A DNA stretch of 64,000 nucleotides from Spirochaetaceae bacterium (GCA_031281945.1 JAITER010000020.1:986-64985), one strand, 5' to 3'; positions 47,149 to 56,787 are shown, numbered from the stretch's first letter. The notes: generated by a model not told the origin, from the letters alone. Numbers and translations are program-made.

Positions 47149-47273
47149 TTAAAGCCGTTTTAGCGCGGTTGCGAATGCCGCCGCCGCGTATTTTTCATCG
47201 CCGGCCGTCATGGCGCGGACGTGCAACACAACGGCTCCATCGTGAACCGCCGTTATCACTGGAACAGGCGCCA
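47149..47273 (-). pseudogene. Duplicated 3' fragment of selA (last ~40 codons plus stop)
   Basis: 125 bp differ at a single position from 47390-47514, the genuine selA 3' end. They lie 241 bp downstream of it, in the selA-selB spacer. Confidence 0.9.
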
Positions 47274-47389
47274 AAGCTGGCGGGCTTGGCTGGAGCGCCG
47301 TTTCGCCTGAAGCCGGCGGCCGCTGCAAACGCCAGGCGTTTTGCGGGCCTCAAAGCGCGGCCCGCAGGGGTGGCGAAACAAGCCCTGCG

Positions 47390-48829
47390 TTAAAGCCGTT
47401 TTAGCGCGGTTGCGAATGCCGCCGCCGCGTATTTTTCATCGCCGGCCGTCATGGCGCGGACGTGCAACACAACGGCTCCATCGTGAACCGCCGTTATCAC
47501 CGGAACAGGCGCCAGCCTAAAAGAGCGCGCGAGAGCTTCCTCGCCGCCCGCCGCCGCCGGCCTTATTTCCACGCCAAATCCTGGGAGGCATTCAGTTGGG
47601 TAAGAGCCTCCGCCTGAGGCGTCCCTGGTTTCCACCACCGAAATTTTAAAACCTTCAGGCGCCGCCCCGTGTTCCCGCGCCGCGTTTTTCAAAACCCGGC
47701 GGAGGAGCCGCGCTTTTTTAAGCAGAAGTTCCGGGCTTTCTTCCATCATTTTGATTACCGGTATTTTCGATTGTTCGCCGCGAAGGTACAGCCTAAGCGT
47801 AGCTTCAAGCGCCGCAAGCGTCATTTTATCCACGCGGAGCGCCCGCAAAAGTTGATGTTTTTTTAGTTTGTCAATCAGATTTTTTGAGCCCGCTATTACG
47901 CCGGCCTGAGGCCCGCCGGCCAGTTTGTCGCCGGAAAAAGTAACAATATCGCAACCGTCTTTTATGGAGCCGGAAACAGGATGCTCACGGTTTGCAAACG
48001 AAAGATTAAGGCCGCATAAAAGGCCGCTGCCAAGGTCTTCCATAAAAACGAGGCCGCATTCACGGGCGAGGGCGGCGAGTTCTTTTCGCGAGGTTTCTTT
48101 TACAAAGCCTTCCATTCTGTAATTTGAAGGGTGGACTTTAAGCAAAACCGCCGTGTTTTCTGTAATGACGCGGCGGTAATCTTCTATTACAGTTGAATTT
48201 GTGCAACCCGCGATAATTAGTTTCGCGCCGGAAAACGCTAGAATCTCAGGGATTCTAAAAGACCCGCCTATTTCCACCAGCTCCCCGCAAGAGACCGCGA
48301 CTTCACGGCCCGCGGCTAAAGCGGAGAGGGCGAGCAGAACCGCCGCCGCGTTGTTGTTTACGACCAGAGCCGCTTCCGCCCCCGTTAAAGCGCAAACCGC
48401 CCATTCAACATGGCTGTTGCGCTCCGTCCGGGCGCCTTCTTGCGGCGAGTATTCCAGCGCACTGTAGGCTTCTCCCGCTTGCGCCGCGGCGCGAACAGCC
48501 TCGCCCGCGAGCGGGGCGCGCCCAAGATTCGTGTGAATAACTACGCCGGTGGCGTTGACCACCCGTTTAAGGCTGCTTTCCGCCCTTTTAGACAGCGCTT
48601 CCTTTATTCCAAGGATGATTAGGCTTTTTTCGGGAGGCACGGCGGCGCCGCCTTTAATAAATTCATCCCTGTAGCCGTTGAGCGTTTGCACAATTATGGT
48701 TTTTACGGTTTCCCGCCCCAGCTGTTTGCAAAACCCCTCCGCCCAGCTCTCTTCCATCAACGCCCCTACGGCTGGAAGAGAACGCAATAAGCCTTTTGTT
48801 CCGGTATACAAAGCCGCGCCCCCCTGCAT
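47390..48829 (-). CDS. selA: L-seryl-tRNA(Sec) selenium transferase
   Basis: 479 aa. VVNATGVVIHTNLGRAPL and FSGDKLAGGPQAGVIAG (PLP-lysine region) are typical of SelA. It is directly upstream of selB on the same strand. Confidence 0.9.
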   Translation of the reverse strand: MQGGAALYTGTKGLLRSLPAVGALMEESWAEGFCKQLGRETVKTIIVQTLNGYRDEFIKGGAAVPPEKSLIILGIKEALSKRAESSLKRVVNATGVVIHTNLGRAPLAGEAVRAAAQAGEAYSALEYSPQEGARTERNSHVEWAVCALTGAEAALVVNNNAAAVLLALSALAAGREVAVSCGELVEIGGSFRIPEILAFSGAKLIIAGCTNSTVIEDYRRVITENTAVLLKVHPSNYRMEGFVKETSRKELAALARECGLVFMEDLGSGLLCGLNLSFANREHPVSGSIKDGCDIVTFSGDKLAGGPQAGVIAGSKNLIDKLKKHQLLRALRVDKMTLAALEATLRLYLRGEQSKIPVIKMMEESPELLLKKARLLRRVLKNAAREHGAAPEGFKISVVETRDASGGGSYPTECLPGFGVEIRPAAAGGEEALARSFRLAPVPVITAVHDGAVVLHVRAMTAGDEKYAAAAFATALKRL

Positions 48830-48950
48830 CCGGCGGGCCGCCCGGCGCCCGCCTTAAATTGAGTTTGTCCGGTTGTTCGCTTCAGTTTCCGCGAGCGCAA
48901 GCCAAACGGCGGCCATGCTTGGCCCGGCTTGCGCCGGCAACCGCTAAAAA

Positions 48951-49043
48951 CAGCAACCTTTAAAAACTTAAGTTTCGCAAAGCTTATAGCCTTTCAAAAC
49001 CGCAAAAGCCTGTCAAAACCAACCGTGTTTTGGAACAGGCTCA
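48951..49043 (+). repeat. ~92-bp intergenic repeat, copy 1
   Basis: By eye it aligns at roughly 80 percent identity with 56076-56166. The shared core is gtttcgcaaagcttatagc...gcctgt(c/a)aaaac...gttttggaa(c/t)aggctca. Confidence 0.75.
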
Positions 49044-49498
49044 AACGCCCGTCATTTTGCAAAAACTTGTCCGGCGGGGCCGGCTGGTTGTTGAACAAGT
49101 CCGATAAACAAGCGGATTCGCCGTCTAAACAGCCGCAAAACGCGGGTTGTGCAGGCGGATTTTTATTGCCGCCCGCCCGCGCAACCGGCGGGTGCAGGGC
49201 TTGCCCTGCGGTATTAATACCCTTTATTAGCCGGCCCTGTTCCAAAAACCTGTTGGTTTTAAAGGCCGCCCGCAAACTTGAAGTTTTTGGAACAAGCTCA
49301 GTGTATACGGTTTTAAACCGTAAATTATAGACTTCACAACTGCGTTCCGCCTGTTTTTTAGCAAGATGAGATGCGGGGCGGGCGGTTTTTGGCGAAAGGT
49401 TTCCTTAGATTGATGTTTTCTTATAAAAACGATAATATGTCTCGATACTTGTTACTCCGCAAAAACACTGCGGTAAAAATCAATGCAAGGGGTTTACT

Positions 49499-51049
49499 AT
49501 GAAGTGGGCGCTATTAATTATCCTTCCTCTTGCCGGGTTTGTCTTGGGCTGGCTCATACGATGGCTTTATGCAAAATTTCAACTTACGGCGACGGAGAAC
49601 CGTGCCGAGCAAATTAGGAATGACGCAAGAAAAGAAGCGGAATCTATTAAAAAAGAGTTGCTTCTTGAAGCAAAAGAAAAATTAATTAGTGAACGCAACC
49701 AGCAAGAACGGGAGACCCGGGAGCGAAGGGCCGAGTTGCAGCGGTATGAAAATCGCGTGGCTCAAAAAGAAGACGGTTTAGACCGCAAAGCCAAACAAAT
49801 TGAGCGTTTGGAACAGCAAATTGCGGAAAAAGAGAAGTCTTTAACTGAAAGAAACGCGGCGTTGGCCAAAAAAGAAAACGATATATCGAACAAGGAGGAG
49901 CTGTACCGCAGCGAGCTTGTGCGAATTTCAGGCCTTTCCGCCGAGGAGGCTAAAGCCCTCATCATCCGCGACATGGAGAATGAGGCGCGGCATGACGCGC
50001 AAACAATAATTAACAAGATAGAAAGCGAAACCACCATCGTAGCCGAAAAAAAGGCGCGGGACGTCGTTATAGCGGCGATTCAGCGCATAGGGCGCGATAT
50101 TGTAAGCGAGGTTACGGTTTCAACGGTAAGTCTTCCCAACGATGAAATGAAGGGCCGCATCATAGGGCGCGAGGGGAGGAACATCCGGTCTTTTGAGACT
50201 GTAACCGGCGCGGACATTATTATTGACGATACGCCGGAAGCCGTGGTTATTTCGTGTTTCGACCCTGTGCGGCGCGAAATAGCGAAAGTGGCTTTGGAGC
50301 GGCTTGTTACGGACGGGCGCATACATCCGGCCCGCATAGAAGAGGTTGTAAACAGGGTTTCCAAAGAAATTTCCCAGCGGGTTTTTGAGGAAGGCGAAAA
50401 AGTTTTATACGATCTTGGAATACACAACATAAGCAATGACGCCATCCGCGCCCTGGGCAGGTTGTATTTTAGAACCAGCTACGGGCAGAATGTTCTTACT
50501 CACTCTAAAGAGGTGGCGCAAATCGCCGCTTTGCTCGCTTCCGAAGTGGGCGCCAACCGCGAAATAGCCAAGCGCGGCGCTTTATTGCATGATATAGGCA
50601 AGGGCGCGGACGCGGATTCCGACCTAAACCACGCCGAAATAGGCATGGATATGGCGCGGAAGATGGGCGAGGATTCGCGCATAATCAACGCTATAGGCAG
50701 TCATCACGATGACATAGCGCCAACCTGTATAGAATCCGTCATTGTGCAGATAGCCGACGCGCTTTCCGCGGCGCGGCCAGGCGCCAGGAAAGAGACGATG
50801 GACGCCTATGTAAAGCGCCTAAAAAACCTGGAAGACATAGCTAACGGTTTTAACGGGGTTGAAAAATCATTCGCAATACAGGCGGGCAGGGAATTACGCA
50901 TCGTCGTGCGGGGGGAATCGGTGAACGACGAGCAGGCTTTAGATTTAAGTAAAGACGTGGCGAAAAAAATAGAAAACGACCTCCGGTATCCGGGCCGTAT
51001 AAAAGTCACCGTGATACGCGAAACCAGAATTGTAGAATACGCGCGCTAA
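49499..51049 (+). CDS. rny: Ribonuclease Y
   Basis: 516 aa with an N-terminal TM helix, a long K/E-rich coiled coil, a KH domain (GRIIGREGRNIRSFE) and an HD domain (LHDIGK ... GSHHDD). Confidence 0.93.
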   Translation: MKWALLIILPLAGFVLGWLIRWLYAKFQLTATENRAEQIRNDARKEAESIKKELLLEAKEKLISERNQQERETRERRAELQRYENRVAQKEDGLDRKAKQIERLEQQIAEKEKSLTERNAALAKKENDISNKEELYRSELVRISGLSAEEAKALIIRDMENEARHDAQTIINKIESETTIVAEKKARDVVIAAIQRIGRDIVSEVTVSTVSLPNDEMKGRIIGREGRNIRSFETVTGADIIIDDTPEAVVISCFDPVRREIAKVALERLVTDGRIHPARIEEVVNRVSKEISQRVFEEGEKVLYDLGIHNISNDAIRALGRLYFRTSYGQNVLTHSKEVAQIAALLASEVGANREIAKRGALLHDIGKGADADSDLNHAEIGMDMARKMGEDSRIINAIGSHHDDIAPTCIESVIVQIADALSAARPGARKETMDAYVKRLKNLEDIANGFNGVEKSFAIQAGRELRIVVRGESVNDEQALDLSKDVAKKIENDLRYPGRIKVTVIRETRIVEYAR

Positions 51050-51321
51050 CCGCTTTTCGCCGCCGGAGGGGAAACAAGGGTTTGTTGGCGGCGTTTTTTG
51101 GATATGTTTATTAAAAAATAAAGATTTTAAAAAGACGCTTAACTTTTAAAGTTCAAGAATTATTTAACGGTTTTGCGGCTAAAATAATGGATTTACAGAC
51201 GAGATGCGTAGTTTTCGCCGGCTTTAGAGCGCTAAAATTAGAAGTGTTTTATTTTGTAAAAAGTATGTATAAAAATATAAGCCTTGACAGAATACGGGCG
51301 TTTTTGCATACTTTCCAGTAC

Positions 51322-51394
51322 GCCCTTGTAGCTCAGTCGGCAGAGCATATCCATGGTAAGGATAAGGTCAACGGTTCGATTCCGTTCGAGGGCT
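51322..51394 (+). tRNA. tRNA-Thr (anticodon GGT)
   Basis: Hand-folded cloverleaf. Acceptor gcccttg/cgagggc, D stem gctc/gagc, anticodon stem tatcc/ggata with loop atGGTaa, and T arm aacgg-ttcgatt-ccgtt. Length 73 nt. Confidence 0.9.
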
Positions 51395-51449
51395 TAACGG
51401 ATATAACCGTTTGTAAGCTTCCGGTTAAAAGCGGATTTTAGGAGTAGTT

Positions 51450-51623
51450 ATGGCGAGCAAAAAAACGGCGGTGGAGCTTATCGCGCTTCAATGCACCGAA
51501 TGTAAACGAAAAAATTACACCACGAAAAAGAATAAACGCAACACCCAGGAAAAACTGGAGTTCAGCAAGTATTGTCCTTTCGACCGTAAGCACACCCTTC
51601 ACAAGGAAACTAAAATCAAATAA
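51450..51623 (+). CDS. rpmG: 50S ribosomal protein L33
   Basis: 57-aa ORF, below the ORF-track cutoff: [62 protein letters not shown] lies upstream. The CxxC...C zinc-ribbon pattern and position match rpmG. Confidence 0.9.
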   Translation: MASKKTAVELIALQCTECKRKNYTTKKNKRNTQEKLEFSKYCPFDRKHTLHKETKIK

Positions 51624-51693
51624 TGCCGTCAATTAACATTTTATGTTTTCTTTTTGTTTTAGATTCAAATTCCGGCCTTAAAAGGGCCGTATT

Positions 51694-51766
<73 letters not shown>

Positions 51767-51864
51767 TAAACAAGAAAAAACAGCCGCGTTGCGGTTTTAA
51801 GGGTTGTTATCCGGCTTTTTGCGCGGAATATTTCAACTGTTTACGGTCTTGTTAGAGGTGAGCC

Positions 51865-52041
51865 TTGAAAATTATTCAGTTTATAAAAGAATCCCGCGCC
51901 GAGCTAAGAAAAGTTATTTGGCCGAGTCGCGACGATGTAATTAGTTCTGTTAAGGTTGTTGTTATTTCAACCGCGATTATCGCCGCCGCGCTTGGTCTTG
52001 TGGACGTATTGCTTATGCTGGGCGTACAGGTTGTTTTTTAG
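51865..52041 (+). CDS. secE: Preprotein translocase subunit SecE
   Basis: 58-aa ORF with a TTG start after AGAGGTGAG: KIIQFIKESRAELRKVIWPSRDDVISSVKVVVISTAIIAAALGLVDVLLMLGVQVVF. It has the SecE signature and a single TM helix, directly upstream of nusG. Confidence 0.85.
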   Translation: MKIIQFIKESRAELRKVIWPSRDDVISSVKVVVISTAIIAAALGLVDVLLMLGVQVVF

Positions 52042-52053
52042 GATAGGTTATAT

Positions 52054-52611
52054 ATGTCAACGGCGTGGTATGTTTTACAGGTTTATTCAAATAGAGAGCG
52101 TAAAGTTGAAAAGCTTATACGCCAAAAGATCGCTTCCGGCGATATTCCAAAAGATGTGGTTAGAGACATAAAGTTGCCTATCGAGGATGTTGTTGAAATA
52201 AAAGAAGGCAAAAAACGTTTCTCAAAAAAAATATTTCTTCCAGGTTATGTTCTAATCGAAATGGATCTGCCGGAAAAAGACTGGAAGAGCGTTTGTTCTC
52301 ACATCATAAAACTCGACGGTGTAAGCGGTTTTGTGGGCACAAAACACAATATCAGGCCCAGCCCTCTTTCCAATAACGAAGCGAGGGACATTTTACAGCG
52401 CGCGGGCGAAATAAAAGGCGAAAAACCCAATCGTTCCCGCCAGGCTTTCGCTTCAGGCGAGCAGGTGAAAATAACGGACGGCCCTTTCGAGTCGTTTACC
52501 GGGACTATAGAAGAAGTGAACGCCGAAAAAAACAAGTTAAAGGTAATGGTCGGTATTTTTGGACGGAACACCCCGGTGGAAGTGGACGTCGCTCAGGTGG
52601 AAAAAGTATAA
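52054..52611 (+). CDS. nusG: Transcription termination/antitermination factor NusG
   Basis: 185 aa. WYVLQVYSNRERKV (NGN domain) and a C-terminal KOW motif (GEQVKITDGPFESFTGTIEEV). Confidence 0.93.
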   Translation: MSTAWYVLQVYSNRERKVEKLIRQKIASGDIPKDVVRDIKLPIEDVVEIKEGKKRFSKKIFLPGYVLIEMDLPEKDWKSVCSHIIKLDGVSGFVGTKHNIRPSPLSNNEARDILQRAGEIKGEKPNRSRQAFASGEQVKITDGPFESFTGTIEEVNAEKNKLKVMVGIFGRNTPVEVDVAQVEKV

Positions 52612-52713
52612 ACCCGCGTTTTTTGCGGTTAAAGCGTGAAGGCGAGATTCGTCCCGCGCATAGTGGGAGGGCGTTTTTTAAAATGCGCCCGTCAACACCA
52701 CAAAGGAGTTTTT

Positions 52714-53145
52714 ATGGCTAAAAAAAAGGTTGCCGCCTACATCAAGCTTCAATGTCCGGCGGGAAGCGCTACGCCGGCGCCGCCTGTAGGCCCGGCGCTG
52801 GGGCCTCACGGGGTTAGCGCCCCTCAATTTGTTCAGCAATTTAACGATAGAACAAAAACAATGGAAAAAGGGCTTGTTATTCCGGTTGTAATAACTGTTT
52901 ATCAAGACAAGTCGTTTACGTTTATTCTAAAAACGCCGCCCGCCGCGGTTTTAATTAAAAAGGCGGCGGGAGTGGAAAAAGGGTCGGCCCAGTCGCATAA
53001 AATTAAAGTTGGAGTTCTTTCAAAAGCTAAGTTGGAAGAAATCGCGAAGTTGAAAGAGCCGGATCTTTCCGCCGTAGACTTGGCTGGCGCCTGTAAAATT
53101 ATCGCGGGGACGGCTCGTTCCATGGGTGTAGAGGTGGAAAAATGA
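52714..53145 (+). CDS. rplK: 50S ribosomal protein L11
   Basis: [34 protein letters not shown] is present. AAAGGAG lies 6 nt upstream of ATG 52714. Confidence 0.95.
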   Translation: MAKKKVAAYIKLQCPAGSATPAPPVGPALGPHGVSAPQFVQQFNDRTKTMEKGLVIPVVITVYQDKSFTFILKTPPAAVLIKKAAGVEKGSAQSHKIKVGVLSKAKLEEIAKLKEPDLSAVDLAGACKIIAGTARSMGVEVEK

Positions 53146-53816
53146 AGCACGGAAAAAAATACCGCGAAGCTATAAAAAAGTTTGATAAAACGGCGCTTTT
53201 CAATTTGAAAGACGCTTGTGATCTGGCTAAAAGCCTTAGTTTCGCTAAATTTGACGAAACGCTGGATCTTACGATAAAACTTAACCTAAAAAAAAGCCAA
53301 TCGGTGCGTGATACGGTTGTTTTGCCAAACCAGTTTCGCGGCGAGAAGCGCGTGTTGGTTTTTTGCCCGCCGGAGCGTGAAAAAGAGGCTAAAGAAAACG
53401 GCGCGACATTCGCCGGATCAACCGACCTTGTAGAAAAAATCAAGGGCGGCTGGCTCGATTTTGACGTGGCGGTTGCGACTCCGGACATGATGCGCGAGGT
53501 TGGAAAGCTTGGCATGATACTTGGACGCAAAGGGCTTATGCCCAACCCCAAAACAGGCACTGTCACCGCAGACCTAAAATCGGCTCTAAATGAATTAAGA
53601 AAAGGGCGTGTTGAATTTCGCGCGGACAAAACGGGCGTAGTTCATATCGCGGTTGGCAAAGTCTCAATGGATGCCGACAAAGTGGCCGAAAACATCAACA
53701 CGATTGTAGCGGAGGTTAAGCGGAAGAAGCCCGCTGACGCGAAAGGCGATTTTGTTCAAACGGTTTCGGTTTCATCAACAATGGGGCCTGGAGTTTGGGT
53801 CAACATTAAAGATTAG
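53142..53816 (+). CDS. rplA: 50S ribosomal protein L1
   Basis: 224 aa with an ATGA overlap with rplK and a typical L1 sequence (KHGKKYREA...FDETLDL...[14 protein letters not shown]). Confidence 0.95.
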   Translation: MKHGKKYREAIKKFDKTALFNLKDACDLAKSLSFAKFDETLDLTIKLNLKKSQSVRDTVVLPNQFRGEKRVLVFCPPEREKEAKENGATFAGSTDLVEKIKGGWLDFDVAVATPDMMREVGKLGMILGRKGLMPNPKTGTVTADLKSALNELRKGRVEFRADKTGVVHIAVGKVSMDADKVAENINTIVAEVKRKKPADAKGDFVQTVSVSSTMGPGVWVNIKD

Positions 53817-53825
53817 GAGTAGAAA

Positions 53826-54374
53826 ATGGCGATAAAAGCAAAAAAGTTGCAGAGCGCGAAGGTTGAAGCGATAAAACAGGTAAAAGAGCTTTTTCAAAGC
53901 GGCGGTTCTCCTGATTTTATTTTTACGGAATATCGCGGGCTTACTGTTGGACAGCTTACCAGTTTGCGTAAACAGCTTCGTGAGAAAGGCGGCTCCTATA
54001 AAGTTGTAAAAAATAATTTCGCGCGCATCGCTTTCCAGGAGCTTTCGGCGCCGGACGTTTCAGATTATCTAACCGGCCCCACGGCTATAGCCATAGCCCC
54101 GAAAGATTCAAATGAGGCCGCTAAAATACTTGTGGAATTCGCCAGAGAAGCGCCTGTTTTACAGGTAAAGGGCGGAATTGTTGCGGGTTCAGTGTATAAC
54201 GCTAATCAGATGGAGGCTTTTTCCAAGCTTCCGGGCAGAAATCAACTTATTTCTATGCTTATGTCTGTAATGAACGGGCCGGCTCGCAACCTTGCCGCCG
54301 CATTAAACGATGTGCCTGCGCGTCTTGTGCGAACCGTAAAAGCGGTTGCGGATCAAAAAGCCGGCGCGGCTTAA
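53826..54374 (+). CDS. rplJ: 50S ribosomal protein L10
   Basis: 182 aa with an L10-like sequence (FTEYRGLTVGQLTSLRKQLRE...YKVVKNNFARIA). It sits between rplA and rplL. Confidence 0.93.
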   Translation: MAIKAKKLQSAKVEAIKQVKELFQSGGSPDFIFTEYRGLTVGQLTSLRKQLREKGGSYKVVKNNFARIAFQELSAPDVSDYLTGPTAIAIAPKDSNEAAKILVEFAREAPVLQVKGGIVAGSVYNANQMEAFSKLPGRNQLISMLMSVMNGPARNLAAALNDVPARLVRTVKAVADQKAGAA

Positions 54375-54453
54375 ATTTTTGTGTAAACCCGGCAGGCTTC
54401 GTAAGCTGCTGACTTCCGGGTTAAAATAAGATTTGTTTTTTAAGGAGAAGATA

Positions 54454-54840
54454 ATGGCGGCATTAACAACAGACCAGATTTTGGACGCTATAGCGTCAAT
54501 GACTGTTCTTGAGGTTTCCGAGCTTGTAAAAGCGATGGAAGAAAAATTCGGCGTTTCCGCGGCGGCTCCAGTGGCTGTAGCGGCGGTTGCGGCGGGCGGG
54601 CCCGCGGCGGCTCCGGTTGAAGAAAAAACTGAGTTTACCGTGATTCTTAAGGCTTACGATGAAACAAAAAAAATCGCGGTTATTAAAGAAGTGCGCGCGG
54701 TTACGGGCTTGGGCCTTAAAGAAGCGAAAGATTTGGTTGAGGGTTCTCCCAAACCGTTAAAAGAAAGCGTGAACAAAGAAGAAGCCGAAAAAATAAAGAA
54801 AGCGGTTTCAGCCGCCGGCGGTACGGTGGAAGTTCAGTAG
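54454..54840 (+). CDS. rplL: 50S ribosomal protein L7/L12
   Basis: [34 protein letters not shown], an Ala-rich hinge and a C-terminal [21 protein letters not shown] are present. AAGGAG lies upstream of ATG 54454. Confidence 0.95.
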   Translation: MAALTTDQILDAIASMTVLEVSELVKAMEEKFGVSAAAPVAVAAVAAGGPAAAPVEEKTEFTVILKAYDETKKIAVIKEVRAVTGLGLKEAKDLVEGSPKPLKESVNKEEAEKIKKAVSAAGGTVEVQ

Positions 54841-54847
54841 TTTTTGC

Positions 54848-54882
54848 AACCCCGGTTGTTTTAAATAGCCGGGGTTTGTTTT
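54848..54882 (+). terminator. Intrinsic terminator after rplL
   Basis: An 8-bp stem, aaccccgg (54848-54855) pairing with ccggggtt (54869-54876), is followed by tgtttt. Confidence 0.6.
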
Positions 54883-55122
54883 GGCGTTAAAAAAATTATC
54901 CCTTCCCAAAAATTTCAATTTTTGTAAAACTGGCTTTTAGTCTAAAAACTGTAAAGTCCGGCTGAAATCGCTTGAATTTTGGAATGGATTTATGTTTTTG
55001 ATTGTTTTTAACGCAGGCGTTATTGGCGCAAACAATTTGTTGGGTGAGCGAGGCTGTTCCAAAGCCCGATATTTTGGAACAGGCGCAAGTTATATGTATA
55101 TTCCGGCGGTTTTCAGATTTTT

Positions 55123-55983
55123 ATGATAAGAAAACTTTTTTTTGCGCTTTCTCTATTTTTTTGTGTTTTTTCACAGGTTTTTTCGCAAGAACCGCTTTCT
55201 GTTTTAGGCTCTGACGACAGTTACGCTTTTGGCGTTGTTATAGGCAGCCAGCTTTCCGAAATGAATGTTTCCATTAATTTTGAGCAATTTTCGCAAGGCT
55301 TTTACGGCGTAATGACGGATTCAGGCGATTTAAATGGCGAAACCGCGATGACGGCCGTGATAAACGCTCTTTCAAACAAAGGGGAAGATCCTTTCGTATT
55401 GGACGCCGAAATGAGCTACGCTTTTGGCGCGGCTATTTCTTTTCAGCTTAAAGGCGCCGGAGCGCACCTTTCTTTTGAAACCGGCCGTTTTACGGAAGGT
55501 TTAGAGGCTTCGATAAACGGCTCCCCCGCTATTCCGCCGGATGAGGCTGTAGAAAAAATTGAAGGCATAATATCAACGGTCTCCGAGTTAAAGGCTCAGG
55601 AAAATTTGGATAGGTCGGAAGAGTTTATGACCGCTAACGCAAAAAAAAGCAATGTGGAAACATTGCCTAGCGGTCTGCAATATTCTGTAATTTCAATGGG
55701 TTCCGGTGAAAAACCAAATGAAGAAAGCGTTGTAACCGTTAATTACGAGGGCCGTTTGCTGGACGGCAGCGTGTTTGACAGCTCTTACGAGCGCGGTGAG
55801 CCGGCCCAATTTCCGCTGGAAGACGTCATCGCCGGCTGGGTGGAGGGTATACAGCTTATGAATGTAGGCAGTAAATTCACATTTTTTATTCCGCCCAAAC
55901 TCGGTTACGGCGATATGGCTGGTATCCCTATTCCCCCAAACTCCGTTTTGATTTTTGATGTTGAACTTTTGTCTATAGATTGA
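55123..55983 (+). CDS. FKBP-type peptidyl-prolyl cis-trans isomerase (FkpA/Mip-like, exported)
   Basis: 286 aa with a signal peptide. C-terminal FKBP domain: LPSGLQYSVISMGSGEKP...VNYEGRLLDGSVFDSSYERGEPAQFPL..VIAGWVEGIQLM..GSKFTFFIPP.LGYG. Confidence 0.85.
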   Translation: MIRKLFFALSLFFCVFSQVFSQEPLSVLGSDDSYAFGVVIGSQLSEMNVSINFEQFSQGFYGVMTDSGDLNGETAMTAVINALSNKGEDPFVLDAEMSYAFGAAISFQLKGAGAHLSFETGRFTEGLEASINGSPAIPPDEAVEKIEGIISTVSELKAQENLDRSEEFMTANAKKSNVETLPSGLQYSVISMGSGEKPNEESVVTVNYEGRLLDGSVFDSSYERGEPAQFPLEDVIAGWVEGIQLMNVGSKFTFFIPPKLGYGDMAGIPIPPNSVLIFDVELLSID

Positions 55984-56075
55984 GCTTTTCGTCTAAAATT
56001 TCCATTTAACATCCGCATTCAAAAAAAATTAAGCTATTGTAATGTGAGGCTGTTTCAAAACCTCAAGTTTTGGGA

Positions 56076-56166
56076 CGGCAACCTTGAAAATGCGGTTTCG
56101 CAAAGCTTATAGCTTTTAGAAACTGCAAGAGCCTGTAAAAACTAACCTGGTTTTGGAATAGGCTCA
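56076..56166 (+). repeat. ~92-bp intergenic repeat, copy 2
   Basis: Aligns with 48951-49043 (see that feature). It lies in the FKBP-fliS intergenic region. Confidence 0.75.
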
Positions 56167-56329
56167 TGTTATTGCGGCTTTTTGGGAAAAACGCCAACTA
56201 GACTTTCCACATTATAAGCGCTTAAACTGGGTGTCGTTATTCCGATAATTGACTAAGGGCGTGTTATCTGTGTCTGGCGTCCTTAATGATTAACGCTTGT
56301 TAATCAGCATTAAATTTTAGGAGTTTAAT

Positions 56330-56776
56330 TTGGCTTACAAAAACGCGCTTTCGGCTTACAGGGAAACAAGGATTAAGACGGCGGGGCAGGGACAGCTTAT
56401 TATAATGCTATACGATGCTGCGGTTCAGCATCTTGATGCGGCGCTGGAACATTTGCAGCTTAATTCCGCTGGGAAAAGAGACCCTTCCAGAATTGAAAAG
56501 ACCGGCAAAGCGGTGTTGAAAACTCAAGAAATTATCACCGAGCTTATGGTTTCGTTGAATATGGAAGCCGGCGGCGAAATCGCGGCGAATCTTTTCTCGT
56601 TGTATACATGGTTTAACCGGGAGCTTTTGGAGGCGAGCATCTCTTTAGACGCGGTTAGAATATCTACAGTGCGCGGTATGATAGCGGATTTACGCGGAGC
56701 GTGGCGCGAGGTGGCGGCTAAAACCGCAAGCGCTTCCAATACAGATGTAGTTTCTGGCGTAAGCATAGCCGGATAA
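56330..56776 (+). CDS. fliS: Flagellar export chaperone FliS
   Basis: 148 aa with a TTG start 5 nt after AGGAG. YRETRIKTAGQGQLIIMLYDAAVQHLDAA and IAANLFSLYTWFNRELLEA match the FliS four-helix pattern. Confidence 0.85.
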   Translation: MAYKNALSAYRETRIKTAGQGQLIIMLYDAAVQHLDAALEHLQLNSAGKRDPSRIEKTGKAVLKTQEIITELMVSLNMEAGGEIAANLFSLYTWFNRELLEASISLDAVRISTVRGMIADLRGAWREVAAKTASASNTDVVSGVSIAG

Positions 56777-56787
56777 ATTGATAAATT

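Noticed and set aside
46873-47393. Plus-strand ORFs 46873-47163, 47085-47393 and minus-strand 46959-47141 in the selA-selB spacer.
   Set aside because: They run across the tandem duplication and the antisense of the selA fragment. The peptides are Ala/Arg/Pro-rich with no start signals.
48830-49498. Search for tRNA-Sec (selC) or another RNA gene next to selAB, plus ORFs 48929-49330 (+) and 48994-49275 (-).
   Set aside because: I could find no T-arm (GGTTCGAnTCC-like) or 8-bp acceptor pattern. The region is built from dispersed repeat fragments, and the ORFs span those repeats. selC, if present, is outside this window or escaped my reading.
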